Of a stretch of 64,000 nucleotides of DNA, positions 1 through 9,758 are shown in pieces. A program made the translations under genes and the position numbers. Below the pieces are notes generated by a model. The model had not been told where the DNA came from. It ran no database searches and worked only from the letters and a program-made list of their open reading frames with translations. The DNA lies in sequence record PP456877.1, one strand, 5' to 3'. The stretch's first letter is position 1. Each line of letters opens with the position of its first letter.

Positions 1-1098
1 TTCAAACATCGTATCAGTAATACGACGCATACCTTCAAGGGAAGTGTTGATTAATTGAACAGACTCACCAATAGCATCAATAGTTTCTTGACTATAATTA
101 CGTGATAGTTGCTTTAACTTACGTAGAGTATCACTGCTATTGCGATATGCTTTTAACAAATCATCAAGTGGTGCGACAAAACGATCTTTTAACAGATGTG
201 AGTTTTTCCAGAAATTCTTATCAGGGAAATCTGGAATGCTTGAACGATCAGGATACACTGTAGATAGTTCATTGCACCGGGTAGCTAGTTTACCAATCTC
301 ACGGATATTAGCGATAGGCATAAGTGCACGATAATCATCACCATTGTAATTAACATATTCAATGATAGTGCCAACTAGCTTTTCCATTGTACCTAGTTCA
401 GTACGTGCTTCATTATTAATATTAATGATTTCTTTCTGGTAGTATACACTACCAAATGCAGCAGCATATACACGACTGGCTAAGATTTTAGGATCGTCGA
501 TGATTGATTGTGCAATTGCATCAAACTTTTCTAGTAATGCATCCTTTCGATTACCTAATCGATTTTTAACTAGTAACTCTTGAAAGAGAGTACGTGCTTG
601 ATCAACTGCCCGGACAATCTTTCCATAACGAGTTGCTACAACAACATCACGCTTCTTAAAATCACTAATCCAACGTATCAGCTTAGCAAATAGTTCCATT
701 AGTTTCTCAAACCAAGTCTTAAGAGTATTAATGATGGTAGCCATCACTGCCTCTTGAGAAATAGTCACATTAAGAGTACTACGGGTTGGTGTAAACATAG
801 AAGCATATTGCTCAAGTGAAGCTACTGCTTTCTTAGGAGCTTCAAACCCTTCAGTGCTCATGCGCTTAACTAATGCTCGAATACCATCAACATCTGGTTT
901 TGATACGCCTTCAAGTTTAGTGATTGCATAAATATCAGATAGCTGATGAATCGCTTCGACAGCTACACACATCTTAGCTAAAATTTCAGGAGCCGAGGCA
1001 CTTGAAACAGTCTCTTCTTCGCCTTCAACCATCTTTGGTTGGTTCTCATCAAAGAAAAGTTTTTCCTCTTCGACATCTACTTCTTTAACATGAGACAT
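1..1098 (-). CDS. Partial phiKZ-type internal head/virion protein (runs off the window edge)
   Basis: Absent from the ORF track. Hand translation of the first ~125 codons from ATG 1098 gives MSHVKEVDVEEEKLFF...MSTEGFE...ASLEQY...TISQEAVMATIINTL: an acidic propeptide with S-x-E sites of the type cut by the phiKZ prohead protease. Confidence 0.7.
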   Translation of the reverse strand, partial: MSHVKEVDVEEEKLFFDENQPKMVEGEEETVSSASAPEILAKMCVAVEAIHQLSDIYAITKLEGVSKPDVDGIRALVKRMSTEGFEAPKKAVASLEQYASMFTPTRSTLNVTISQEAVMATIINTLKTWFEKLMELFAKLIRWISDFKKRDVVVATRYGKIVRAVDQARTLFQELLVKNRLGNRKDALLEKFDAIAQSIIDDPKILASRVYAAAFGSVYYQKEIININNEARTELGTMEKLVGTIIEYVNYNGDDYRALMPIANIREIGKLATRCNELSTVYPDRSSIPDFPDKNFWKNSHLLKDRFVAPLDDLLKAYRNSSDTLRKLKQLSRNYSQETIDAIGESVQLINTSLEGMRRITDTMFE

Positions 1099-1108
1099 GG
1101 GTTTAACC

Positions 1109-1558
1109 TCACTCATCAATACTACCGATTAATTGATTTAATGCATTACCCATGTCTGCTTGGATACGGTTATAATCTGGGCCATTAACAACGGCAGAGA
1201 CAATATTGATATCATCGACAGTTAGATAATCATTAGCGGTATCAGATGTCAGTACAGCTTTGACAAGACATGGATCAGTAATACCGTTGATAAGACTTTG
1301 GCGAATGCGAAGAATATTGTTAAAATATGTTACGGCTAGTTTAGTATCAACTGCAATATTCTCATTAACTTTACTTAAGATTTTCTTAAATTTAGCAACA
1401 GCTTTATCCTGTTGTTCATTGAAATCAAGTAAAATCTCAAATGGAATCTGTAATGCCACCGCATTAGCTAGGAGCATTGCGCGGGTTTTACGATCAGAAC
1501 CACCTAAGTTAGGCAGTTGCTTTAGAATACGGGAAAGTTCAAAACCTAATTGTTGCAT
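1109..1558 (-). CDS. Hypothetical protein, probably virion-associated
   Basis: 149-aa ORF, tightly co-oriented within the head-protein cluster. Confidence 0.65.
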   Translation of the reverse strand: MQQLGFELSRILKQLPNLGGSDRKTRAMLLANAVALQIPFEILLDFNEQQDKAVAKFKKILSKVNENIAVDTKLAVTYFNNILRIRQSLINGITDPCLVKAVLTSDTANDYLTVDDINIVSAVVNGPDYNRIQADMGNALNQLIGSIDE

Positions 1559-1569
1559 GATTTTTCTCT

Positions 1570-2811
1570 CTATTTAGTTAAGCGGTAGGCTCTTACAAAT
1601 AAGTCATTATTTAATAGACTTTCTAAAGTATCTTCTAATTCAGTAGCCCGTTTATCTTTACGACGCTGGGGACTAAGGAAATCTAAAATTTTATCAAAAA
1701 TGGTCCACTCATTAGCTAAATCATTTATCAATGAATCAATTACTTTAATGTCATCATCAATTCCTGGTTTTAGTGATGAGTCCTTTACCCATTTAAGTTG
1801 TGCTACTAGATCTTGTTTAATTTTCATTAAACGTTGTCGTTGTTTGTCATAACGTGAACTAATTGGATCATATCCAACTTTTAAATTACCGGCAATGATA
1901 CCTAGTGTAACAGGTAAACCAATGATCATAAATAGACCTTTGAATACCTCAGCAGTAATATGGCTAGAAACAGATTTATATTCACGGTCATTATAATACC
2001 GACCTGATTTAGTTAATGCCGTTGCCAGTGGCCTTCCATAACCTAATCGAGTGGCGAATAAATCAGCTAATTGTTCATCGCGTTTACGTGATTGAACATC
2101 ACCAGTTAAATGCGGACGTTGCGCTTTCTTAAATGATGATAGAATGACTTTACGAATATTTCCTTCAGTCCTATCATTAGCAAACTTCTCATAATCGGCT
2201 GGATCAACGTTTTTCTTTAACCATGTTTCATCCAATAATTGAATCTTATACTTATTAGCTTTCCTACCCTGTAAGATAAGTATACCTTCAGTAAGTGCAT
2301 AGTTAAGATAGACGTAGTCACCCATTGTAGCCAGTGTTTCCCAACAATGCCCAATTTCATGTAATGTAATGGCAGTAGCTTCTGCTATACTAACACGATT
2401 AATAGCCGATAATAAACCAATAGATAAACCGACCTTGTATTTAAAAGTTGAAACAGCCTCACCCGTAACTTTTAAATTTGTTAAATCAATATTAATGAAT
2501 GTATTGACACCTTGCTCAGTTGCTAAAGTAACTCGATTAATATTGTCAAATTTACTACCAGTATGTCCAACTGTAAAGGATGTGTATGCACCACCCATTA
2601 TACCCTGATCATCCAGGTGTGTAAACTCTATATTCATATTGAGGATCTTAGAAACATCATCACTCAGTGACCTAAAATCATTAATATCTATTCTCTGTTG
2701 ATTATCTAATTTATCACGAATCTTGGTTAGATGTTCTTCGATCAATGGACCTAAGTCACGCTTAACATTCACATCTAACACTTCATTAGAGATTTCTATC
2801 GTATGTAGCAT
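1570..2811 (-). CDS. Zincin-like (HExxH) putative metalloprotease, likely virion protein
   Basis: TLHEIGHCW motif plus downstream EQLADLFATRLGYG, a third-ligand-type motif as in M48-like zincins. Confidence 0.65.
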   Translation of the reverse strand: MLHTIEISNEVLDVNVKRDLGPLIEEHLTKIRDKLDNQQRIDINDFRSLSDDVSKILNMNIEFTHLDDQGIMGGAYTSFTVGHTGSKFDNINRVTLATEQGVNTFINIDLTNLKVTGEAVSTFKYKVGLSIGLLSAINRVSIAEATAITLHEIGHCWETLATMGDYVYLNYALTEGILILQGRKANKYKIQLLDETWLKKNVDPADYEKFANDRTEGNIRKVILSSFKKAQRPHLTGDVQSRKRDEQLADLFATRLGYGRPLATALTKSGRYYNDREYKSVSSHITAEVFKGLFMIIGLPVTLGIIAGNLKVGYDPISSRYDKQRQRLMKIKQDLVAQLKWVKDSSLKPGIDDDIKVIDSLINDLANEWTIFDKILDFLSPQRRKDKRATELEDTLESLLNNDLFVRAYRLTK

Positions 2812-2912
2812 TTTATATCTCTACCAGTATTAATTTATAATCATAAAGATAAGGCTGCGTTGTATAGAATTCAATCTTATGCACTACGTATTATAAAAGA
2901 GGCGCACACAAA

Positions 2913-4427
2913 ATGTTTGAGTTATTGTTGTCTTCTGGACTAACAAATACGCCTATATATTCCGATCCTTATCCAGGTCCTAAAACACTGATAGCTGGGA
3001 CAAGGGAATTAGGTTTGTATGGTGAAACAACATCTTCAGAATTATTTGGTTATGATGATGCAGCTAAATTAGTTAATATGACATTTGGAACAGTAATCAA
3101 TGATGGACAACCATGGTTAAAGTTCTCTAATAAAAATGTTACTTGTTACATACCAAAGAAACCAGCTCGTAAATCAATACAAAAATCACGGCTTAATAAT
3201 GCCGGACTCCGTAATGGTGACTATGAAGTTAGATTTATGGGGAACATTTATAAATTTGGTTTATTAACAATGGCTGGTGCCACATCAGAATGGCAAAGGT
3301 TACTTTATAATGTTCACGTATCTAATTTAAATGGTGCTAACTGGCCTTATAAATTTACAGATAATGACTTAGGTATTAACCAAGCGGTCGCTGGTGGTAT
3401 TAGCACTGATGGTACTACTAACTGGGGAAGAGACCCAGGTAGTGATCCAGTTAATGACCAGCTCTATCGTGGCTACTATGCGATTGATATAACTAGCTCG
3501 TCAAGTAGTGAAACGGGTGCTGCAACCCAAGGTTGGCGTCCAGTGGTTTATGCTAGTGGTACATATCCATTCGTTAAAGATAATGTTATTAAACTTACTG
3601 ATTTTGAAACTGATAACGAAATGGCAGCAGGTGCCCAAATAGGTAACTTAGTCTATTATTACGGTGGTAAGAATAATGCTAATACTGCTCTACGTACATT
3701 GAATTTAGCCACGGGTAAGTTAACAACATTACAACCAACTGGTACACCTATAGCAGTTAAACAATGCTCGGCTGTTGCATTTAATGGTAAAGTATATTTC
3801 TATGGTGGTGAAAATGCCACAGATGGTGTACTCACTAAAGGTATGCAGTGTTATGATCCTGCAACTAATACATGGGAAATAAAATCACCAGGTACGATAG
3901 CTTGTCGGTATGCACGTGGAACTAGTCTTAATGGGTTAATCTACATATTAGGTGCAGCTGATACAACTGCAACAAATAATCGTGGATTTACATTAATGTA
4001 CAATCCAACTACAGATACATATACCAGTGGTGCAGCATTTAATGATACTGGGGTATATACCCAAGATTATTCAGTGAGTGTTTATAATAATAGCGTATGT
4101 GTTATTGGTGGTATGGTTGGTGCCGGTGTTAATACTGGAATCATATCGTACAATCAAACCAACAATAATTGGTCTAAACCAATAACTACAGGTATACCTC
4201 TTGGTGCAGCTATTAATATACGCCCATCTGGTGAACTTTATGTAATCGCTGGTGAAAATCAAAATAATGCACCAATTAAGTATTATGAACCACGATTAGC
4301 ACGATGGATAAATTTAGGTAATTTAGAAACTGGTTTAGTGGATGCAGGTTTTGCCAATACGTTTAATAACGATGGTAAGATTTATGTTCTAAACGGTAAT
4401 CAGAATTTAAAATACCAAATTAGTTAA
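2913..4427 (+). CDS. Kelch-repeat beta-propeller protein with phage-type N-terminal domain
   Basis: Six Kelch-like blades: VYYYGG, VYFYGG, IYILGA, VCVIGG, LYVIAG, IYVLNG. Confidence 0.75.
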   Translation: MFELLLSSGLTNTPIYSDPYPGPKTLIAGTRELGLYGETTSSELFGYDDAAKLVNMTFGTVINDGQPWLKFSNKNVTCYIPKKPARKSIQKSRLNNAGLRNGDYEVRFMGNIYKFGLLTMAGATSEWQRLLYNVHVSNLNGANWPYKFTDNDLGINQAVAGGISTDGTTNWGRDPGSDPVNDQLYRGYYAIDITSSSSSETGAATQGWRPVVYASGTYPFVKDNVIKLTDFETDNEMAAGAQIGNLVYYYGGKNNANTALRTLNLATGKLTTLQPTGTPIAVKQCSAVAFNGKVYFYGGENATDGVLTKGMQCYDPATNTWEIKSPGTIACRYARGTSLNGLIYILGAADTTATNNRGFTLMYNPTTDTYTSGAAFNDTGVYTQDYSVSVYNNSVCVIGGMVGAGVNTGIISYNQTNNNWSKPITTGIPLGAAINIRPSGELYVIAGENQNNAPIKYYEPRLARWINLGNLETGLVDAGFANTFNNDGKIYVLNGNQNLKYQIS

Positions 4428-4431
4428 CGAA

Positions 4432-4461
4432 ATAAACCCTCCCATTACGGGAGGGTTTTAT
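4432..4461. terminator. Bidirectional hairpin
   Basis: TAAACCCTCCC-ATTAC-GGGAGGGTTTTA between convergent genes. Confidence 0.75.
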
Positions 4462-4529
4462 GATGTGTCGAAGTTTATATTAGCAGTAATGATCAATTGA
4501 TAATATTTAATTAGGAATACCTTCCATTT

Positions 4530-4898
4530 TTAATATCCTTCATTGAGTAGTTCTGCTAAAGCACGTGCCTGTGAAATATCAGTAGAAGCAAAAACATCAG
4601 AAAGATAGTTATCATGTTCTTTTGCATTCTGACGTAATTCATCCATTAGATGTTTATTAGATACAGCCCATACTTTCCACAGATTTTTATAATCATCATA
4701 TTTAGGATTATATCCGTCTAGTGGTGGTTTTCCTTTACCAGCTTTCCAGTGGTTGGAGTATTTGCGATATCCTTTACAATCTAACTGCCAAGCTTCCTCA
4801 ATTGTTCTACCATCAGGAAGCCTTGCGTAAAGAGCCGAGAATCTTTTGTCACCAACAGATGAGCATTCATATCCTCCTCGGCGCTTCCACTGATATAT
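4530..4898 (-). CDS. Hidden 122-codon ORF with ATA in place of the start codon
   Basis: Stop-free frame (ATA)YQWKRRGGYECSSVGDKRFSALYARLPDGRTIEEAWQ...SQARALAELLNEGY*. The ATA overlaps the upstream TAA as TA-ATA. Confidence 0.65.
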   Translation of the reverse strand: MYQWKRRGGYECSSVGDKRFSALYARLPDGRTIEEAWQLDCKGYRKYSNHWKAGKGKPPLDGYNPKYDDYKNLWKVWAVSNKHLMDELRQNAKEHDNYLSDVFASTDISQARALAELLNEGY

Positions 4899-6814
4899 TA
4901 CTTTGGGTTCTTATGGGTATTAATAAACTTCTCTAGTAGGGTGTCCATTTTAGGAGCGCCCATGATCTTCTGTGTGATTTCAATAGCGTTAACCCTACCG
5001 CCTGTTAAGTTTACACCAACTTCACGGCGATGGTGTTCACTAATTCCTTCCATCATTGAGAATTCCATCACACATGTTTCACGTGCAATATTTAGAATCT
5101 GACTAACGTTAGGATATGTCGACACGATGTCAAGGTCGGCGATATGACAGAAGATTAAGGTTTTATAATTTGGTAAATCTTTAACACACTGCAATCCATT
5201 TGGACCTGCCATGTAAGATGGCAATGTAACAATCCAGTCATTATGACCAATAACATACTGATCTAACTCATGTACCATCTGATCAGAACTCGAACCAATA
5301 ACACATGGATCTGGTCTATTTAGATACCAGAAATGCATGTCATCACATAGTCGTTTTGGGTTAGAGCTAAAGTTCTTATAATCGGATGCTTTAGAGAATA
5401 GACTTATAGAACGACCAAGATCATTTACTTGTTCATCAAGTTGTTCTAGTCGAATGGAGTCGATGATGTTATAAAGACCATATTTGATTTTATGCTTAGT
5501 TTGCATCTCACGGTGCCAATCGATACCTCCAAGATGCATCGTTTCCTCAAATGTTAATTTACCAAACTCCATCATGTATCTAATGGAATCACCATACGTA
5601 AAGTTATCATTTAATATAAAATCATCTACCCTGATCCATTCATTACTGCCTATATTTTTAATATATTTAGTAATAACACCACCAGGGCGGTCTACCAATT
5701 GTTTATTAAAACCTTCAATAAAATCTTCTAAGTCCTTATCATTTTTAATGGTCGTAGATTTATCGATGTTTAGTTCTTTTCTAAGAATAGACTCTAACCG
5801 ATAGTTAGGATCACGTCCTTTAGCTAATCGAGTTACTCGATAAGTTGACATAGAATCGATGCATTGAAAACTAGCGGGTGCTGTAATCCAATGCCATTGA
5901 TCCTCTGGTCCTTTAGATTTAGTGACCCCAGATGCAGTGGTGGTCATAGGCTCATCAATCTTAAAATGGAAATACCTATAATTCTTAGGTACCGATGGAT
6001 CAGAAAAAATATCAGCTGGATTAACGCCATAGTGTTCTAATGTTTTTAAGATTCTGCCAATGTCGAAGCTAATATTCCAGAATGCGAAGAAATCTGGTTT
6101 CCAGGTATGTAGTCGTTTAAAACATTCAATAATAATATCTACTGGTGTTTCAACAACCATTACTTCAATATCTAGACCACGTTCTTTAATTAGATGTGAT
6201 AGTACCTCTTCTTTTTGTGCTTGTTCTAATGTCTCTTTCACTGGATCTTCAATATCACTAACCCATCGTTTTAAATAGGCTAGGAAAGCTTTGTTCTTAT
6301 GTGTAACTGACATACAGATAATCTGGCCATCGTTCTCAGCTTCATAAACGTTGGTTTCGATGTCACCGCCAGCAACAGTGTTTAGAGAGATTAGACCAGG
6401 ATAACGTTCTTGATAATCATGCTTCAGATAACAGGTTGAACTAACATCACTGCCATATAGGTAAGGACTACGCGCTAGTTGACGAAGAGATCTAGCCGAA
6501 TAGTCACCTAGGATTTTACTAATCTTACGTTTCATGTCAATTTGAGTTGACATGTATTTAACTAAGTTACGCTCATATTCGTAATCTTTCTTTTCTTTAT
6601 GGTTACGCATTCCTTTTGCGGTAATCCAAAAAGGACGCTGGTAGTTTTCCCACATCCTTAAATTATTTGCAGTTGTACCATCTTCAAAATGAATTCGTTC
6701 TTTAACGAAATGTGCATCTGTAAACTTACCAAATTGATCAGTACAATAAGTAATATGTTTGGCTTCAATGCCCTTAATCTTTTTCTTATTTGTAACCTGT
6801 TGTTCATTAGACAT
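4898..6814 (-). CDS. Split family-B DNA polymerase, exonuclease + motif A half (phiKZ gp82-like)
   Basis: ExoI DIET, ExoII WNISFD, ExoIII YNIIDS, motif A DLDIVSTYP. Confidence 0.85.
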   Translation of the reverse strand: MSNEQQVTNKKKIKGIEAKHITYCTDQFGKFTDAHFVKERIHFEDGTTANNLRMWENYQRPFWITAKGMRNHKEKKDYEYERNLVKYMSTQIDMKRKISKILGDYSARSLRQLARSPYLYGSDVSSTCYLKHDYQERYPGLISLNTVAGGDIETNVYEAENDGQIICMSVTHKNKAFLAYLKRWVSDIEDPVKETLEQAQKEEVLSHLIKERGLDIEVMVVETPVDIIIECFKRLHTWKPDFFAFWNISFDIGRILKTLEHYGVNPADIFSDPSVPKNYRYFHFKIDEPMTTTASGVTKSKGPEDQWHWITAPASFQCIDSMSTYRVTRLAKGRDPNYRLESILRKELNIDKSTTIKNDKDLEDFIEGFNKQLVDRPGGVITKYIKNIGSNEWIRVDDFILNDNFTYGDSIRYMMEFGKLTFEETMHLGGIDWHREMQTKHKIKYGLYNIIDSIRLEQLDEQVNDLGRSISLFSKASDYKNFSSNPKRLCDDMHFWYLNRPDPCVIGSSSDQMVHELDQYVIGHNDWIVTLPSYMAGPNGLQCVKDLPNYKTLIFCHIADLDIVSTYPNVSQILNIARETCVMEFSMMEGISEHHRREVGVNLTGGRVNAIEITQKIMGAPKMDTLLEKFINTHKNPK

Positions 6815-6884
6815 TGCTATAACCTCAGCACATATTGATATTTATCTACGTACTATATTAGTGCCTAGTAAAAGTAATAATCAG

Positions 6885-6914
6885 CATAAAGCCTCCCCTA
6901 GGGGAGGCTTTATG
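6885..6914. terminator. Perfect 30-bp palindrome
   Basis: CATAAAGCCTCCCCTAGGGGAGGCTTTATG, immediately after the upstream stop codon. Confidence 0.75.
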
Positions 6915-6915
6915 T

Positions 6916-8337
6916 TTACATACCAGCTTTCTGCCGGAAGAAGTGTAGAACGAGTTGCCGCTTACCTTCAGGGATGAAACGTGCAAGATAGTTAATATCT
7001 ACCTGATAAAGCGCATCTGATACATCACTAGTAAATAGGCAGAATAGAGTAAGAAGATTAATGTGTGCTTCTTGACGGTTATTCTGAGTAGGTAGAGTAG
7101 CAACAAAGCGAAGTGCGTTAGATTCACTAAATAGAGTATTACGATTTTTCTTAACGAAATCAAAGATAATATCCATGCCTGATTTAAAGCCTTCAATATC
7201 TTCGATTGTCATTACGTAGTTGAATACATCATCTAGTTTCTTTTGTGCATCGCCACCACGTTCGATAGTGATATAGTCACCAGGTTTAGCACCAGTGGCA
7301 AACTGCTCTAGACGAGATTCGATAAATACTTGGTTCATTTTGGTCATACCTTTACGAAGTACAGGTTCATTAGATGTTGATTCACTATTCAAGATTTTAA
7401 CTTCCCCGGTTGGTTTAATATCATCTTTACCAGAGAATACTTTCCATTGTTCAACAATAGTTTCAATATCTTGACTAGTGGTAGGTAAGAATAAGCGATC
7501 GCGTAACTCAATAGCAATTTTAAAATCTTTTATCAGATTACTATTTTTAATAAGTCCTTCAGCCCAGTCTTCAAGCTCTGCTGTCGTCCAATCGGTAGGT
7601 GGAGCATTATCACGAATAACACTATTGACCCAACTACCACGTAGTGTTTTTGGTGGAGTAATACCTTGTTTAACAAAATCAACCACTTCTTGGGTAGACC
7701 AATCTAGTGGAATATTACTAGTGTGAATACGCAGTTGCTTGACTAATTCTTCAAGCTTGATACTGTCTTCAGTATTGCGAATATCTTGTTTCAGAGTATC
7801 TTCATTAACTACCGGTACAATTACTTCCTCAGTAGTCTCATTCTCTTTAGCCCGTTTAGTTAAAATATCATCAGCAATATCTGCGATATCATTAACTACA
7901 CCAGTTAGACGATGGTTAGCAGCATCGATTAGTTCATCATCTGACCATTCATCATAAGGACGATATTTACGGGTTGGGTCAAATACAAAGCTACCGAGTT
8001 CAGTTTTACCTTTAGCAATGCCATCATTGGTAAACCATTCAATGACATTTTCATCTGTCCATGTTTCAGGAATATCATAGCCAGTACGCAGTGCATCTAC
8101 GTTAACTTTAGCTAATTCTGAAGTATCGTTAACTGCATTAACTGATGAATTAATATCATCTGCTGTAGCATATACTTCCTCAGGAGATACTAATTCAATA
8201 TTTGTTAATCCTCGACCAATTTCAGAAGTTGGCTTTTCTTCAGTTTCTTCTGATAAAACTTCGTCTTTGACAATGGGTTTTTCAGGTAAACGATTGAGTT
8301 GAGGAAACTTTCCAAATCGTTGATTCTTTTTAGACAT
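6916..8337 (-). CDS. Hypothetical protein with internal duplicated W-rich module (gp81 position)
   Basis: 473-aa ORF with two similar IPxxW...DW modules. Confidence 0.75.
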   Translation of the reverse strand: MSKKNQRFGKFPQLNRLPEKPIVKDEVLSEETEEKPTSEIGRGLTNIELVSPEEVYATADDINSSVNAVNDTSELAKVNVDALRTGYDIPETWTDENVIEWFTNDGIAKGKTELGSFVFDPTRKYRPYDEWSDDELIDAANHRLTGVVNDIADIADDILTKRAKENETTEEVIVPVVNEDTLKQDIRNTEDSIKLEELVKQLRIHTSNIPLDWSTQEVVDFVKQGITPPKTLRGSWVNSVIRDNAPPTDWTTAELEDWAEGLIKNSNLIKDFKIAIELRDRLFLPTTSQDIETIVEQWKVFSGKDDIKPTGEVKILNSESTSNEPVLRKGMTKMNQVFIESRLEQFATGAKPGDYITIERGGDAQKKLDDVFNYVMTIEDIEGFKSGMDIIFDFVKKNRNTLFSESNALRFVATLPTQNNRQEAHINLLTLFCLFTSDVSDALYQVDINYLARFIPEGKRQLVLHFFRQKAGM

Positions 8338-8399
8338 TACTAGTTCCTTTCGGGTTATAATCTAAATAATGGAGAAGCTGAGTAACTTCTCCATCTATT

Positions 8400-9758
8400 T
8401 TAACTGATGCGATCGCGATAAGACCATTTAACAGTCTTAAGAACAGCACTGTGCATTTTAGACATGAAGATGGATAGGAATCGACCACCAACACCTGCTG
8501 CCGCTGCCGGTATGCCATTAGGGTTCTCTGACATTTGTTTACCCATACAGACAGCGCATACGTTCTTACCTCTACCTATTACACCATTAGCTGGATCACC
8601 ACCAGCCTTACATGTCATTGGACCACGTAGTTCAATCTCAGTGCCAACTAGTTCATCAATATTAGTTTCTTCAATAAGGATAGATTTCCCATTCTTAACA
8701 TAAGACAAGCCAATGAAATCTTTCTTATTAAATTGATGAACAGTGGTTGGAATACCTATCCATGTATTGCAGTCTTCCATAATAATCCTGACTGTACCAA
8801 CCATTCGATAAATCGTTTTAGTTGACTCACCGCCAAGGGCTGTTTGTGCACCACGGTTATATGAGCCATAACGTAATGAGTTATTCATTACTGGCATATG
8901 GTCAGTGTCAATGCCTTCTTCCAATGATTTACCGATATATTCAACTGATGTACCATCTTGGAATGGTGCTTCCCCACCAAACATACCAAATACTTTCTTA
9001 CGCACGCCACCAAATAATTTACTATGTTTAGTGTCATAGAACTCATAAGAAGGATCGTCTTTTAGATAGTCCTCATCTAGCTTGATTAATGCATTACCCA
9101 TTTCTGCAATAACAGCCGGATCATCTAACCGATCTTTATATTTCTCTTCTAGTTCTTTACGTAACTTATCTCTGTCTGGTGCGGAGGTCATTGATTTCTC
9201 AGTAATGGATGTTACCAAGGTACTAGCATATGCTGGCAATGCTAAACAATGATCTGCAAACATCCGATATTGCCATACATATAACTTACCATCAGTTGCA
9301 CGCGGTGGATTATCATCATCAATTGGATCATCGATCATGCGGTTAAGAATTTCTTTCTCAACTTTACCAATATCGAAATAACCAGATTGGAATGGGAACA
9401 GATCACCAAAAGGTAAACATAATACTAAATGGTTAACAAAAACGTTACCATAAGTTGTTCTTAATGCACCTGGTCCTTTATAGTTTTCAATTTCACCAGG
9501 TTGTAAAATGAATTCATCTCGAAATGCTAATGGTTGTTTACCTTCAATATAATCGTCGATATAAACAACTTCATCATTAGAATCGCCTTCTTTATAGAAG
9601 AACATTTTACCATCTTTGAAATATGGCTTGTATAGATATTCACCACCATCATTTGGGTTATAAACGATATTAAATAAAACGTTAACCCATGCTCGTTTCT
9701 TATCTAATCCAGCATTGATACCCATTAGAAAATAATCACGTAATTTCATTAGTATCAC
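8400..9758 (-). CDS. Virion RNA polymerase beta'-like subunit (phiKZ gp80-like)
   Basis: GGESTKTIYRM bridge-helix-like segment, Zn motif TCK...VCAVCMG, GVGGRFLSIFMSKMH trigger-loop-like segment. Confidence 0.85.
   Translation of the reverse strand: MILMKLRDYFLMGINAGLDKKRAWVNVLFNIVYNPNDGGEYLYKPYFKDGKMFFYKEGDSNDEVVYIDDYIEGKQPLAFRDEFILQPGEIENYKGPGALRTTYGNVFVNHLVLCLPFGDLFPFQSGYFDIGKVEKEILNRMIDDPIDDDNPPRATDGKLYVWQYRMFADHCLALPAYASTLVTSITEKSMTSAPDRDKLRKELEEKYKDRLDDPAVIAEMGNALIKLDEDYLKDDPSYEFYDTKHSKLFGGVRKKVFGMFGGEAPFQDGTSVEYIGKSLEEGIDTDHMPVMNNSLRYGSYNRGAQTALGGESTKTIYRMVGTVRIIMEDCNTWIGIPTTVHQFNKKDFIGLSYVKNGKSILIEETNIDELVGTEIELRGPMTCKAGGDPANGVIGRGKNVCAVCMGKQMSENPNGIPAAAAGVGGRFLSIFMSKMHSAVLKTVKWSYRDRIS

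Noticed and set aside
4781-4870. 29-aa ORF from ATG 4870 with adjacent GGAGGA
   Set aside because: SD-to-ATG spacing is too short, and it lies inside a longer, more protein-like frame.
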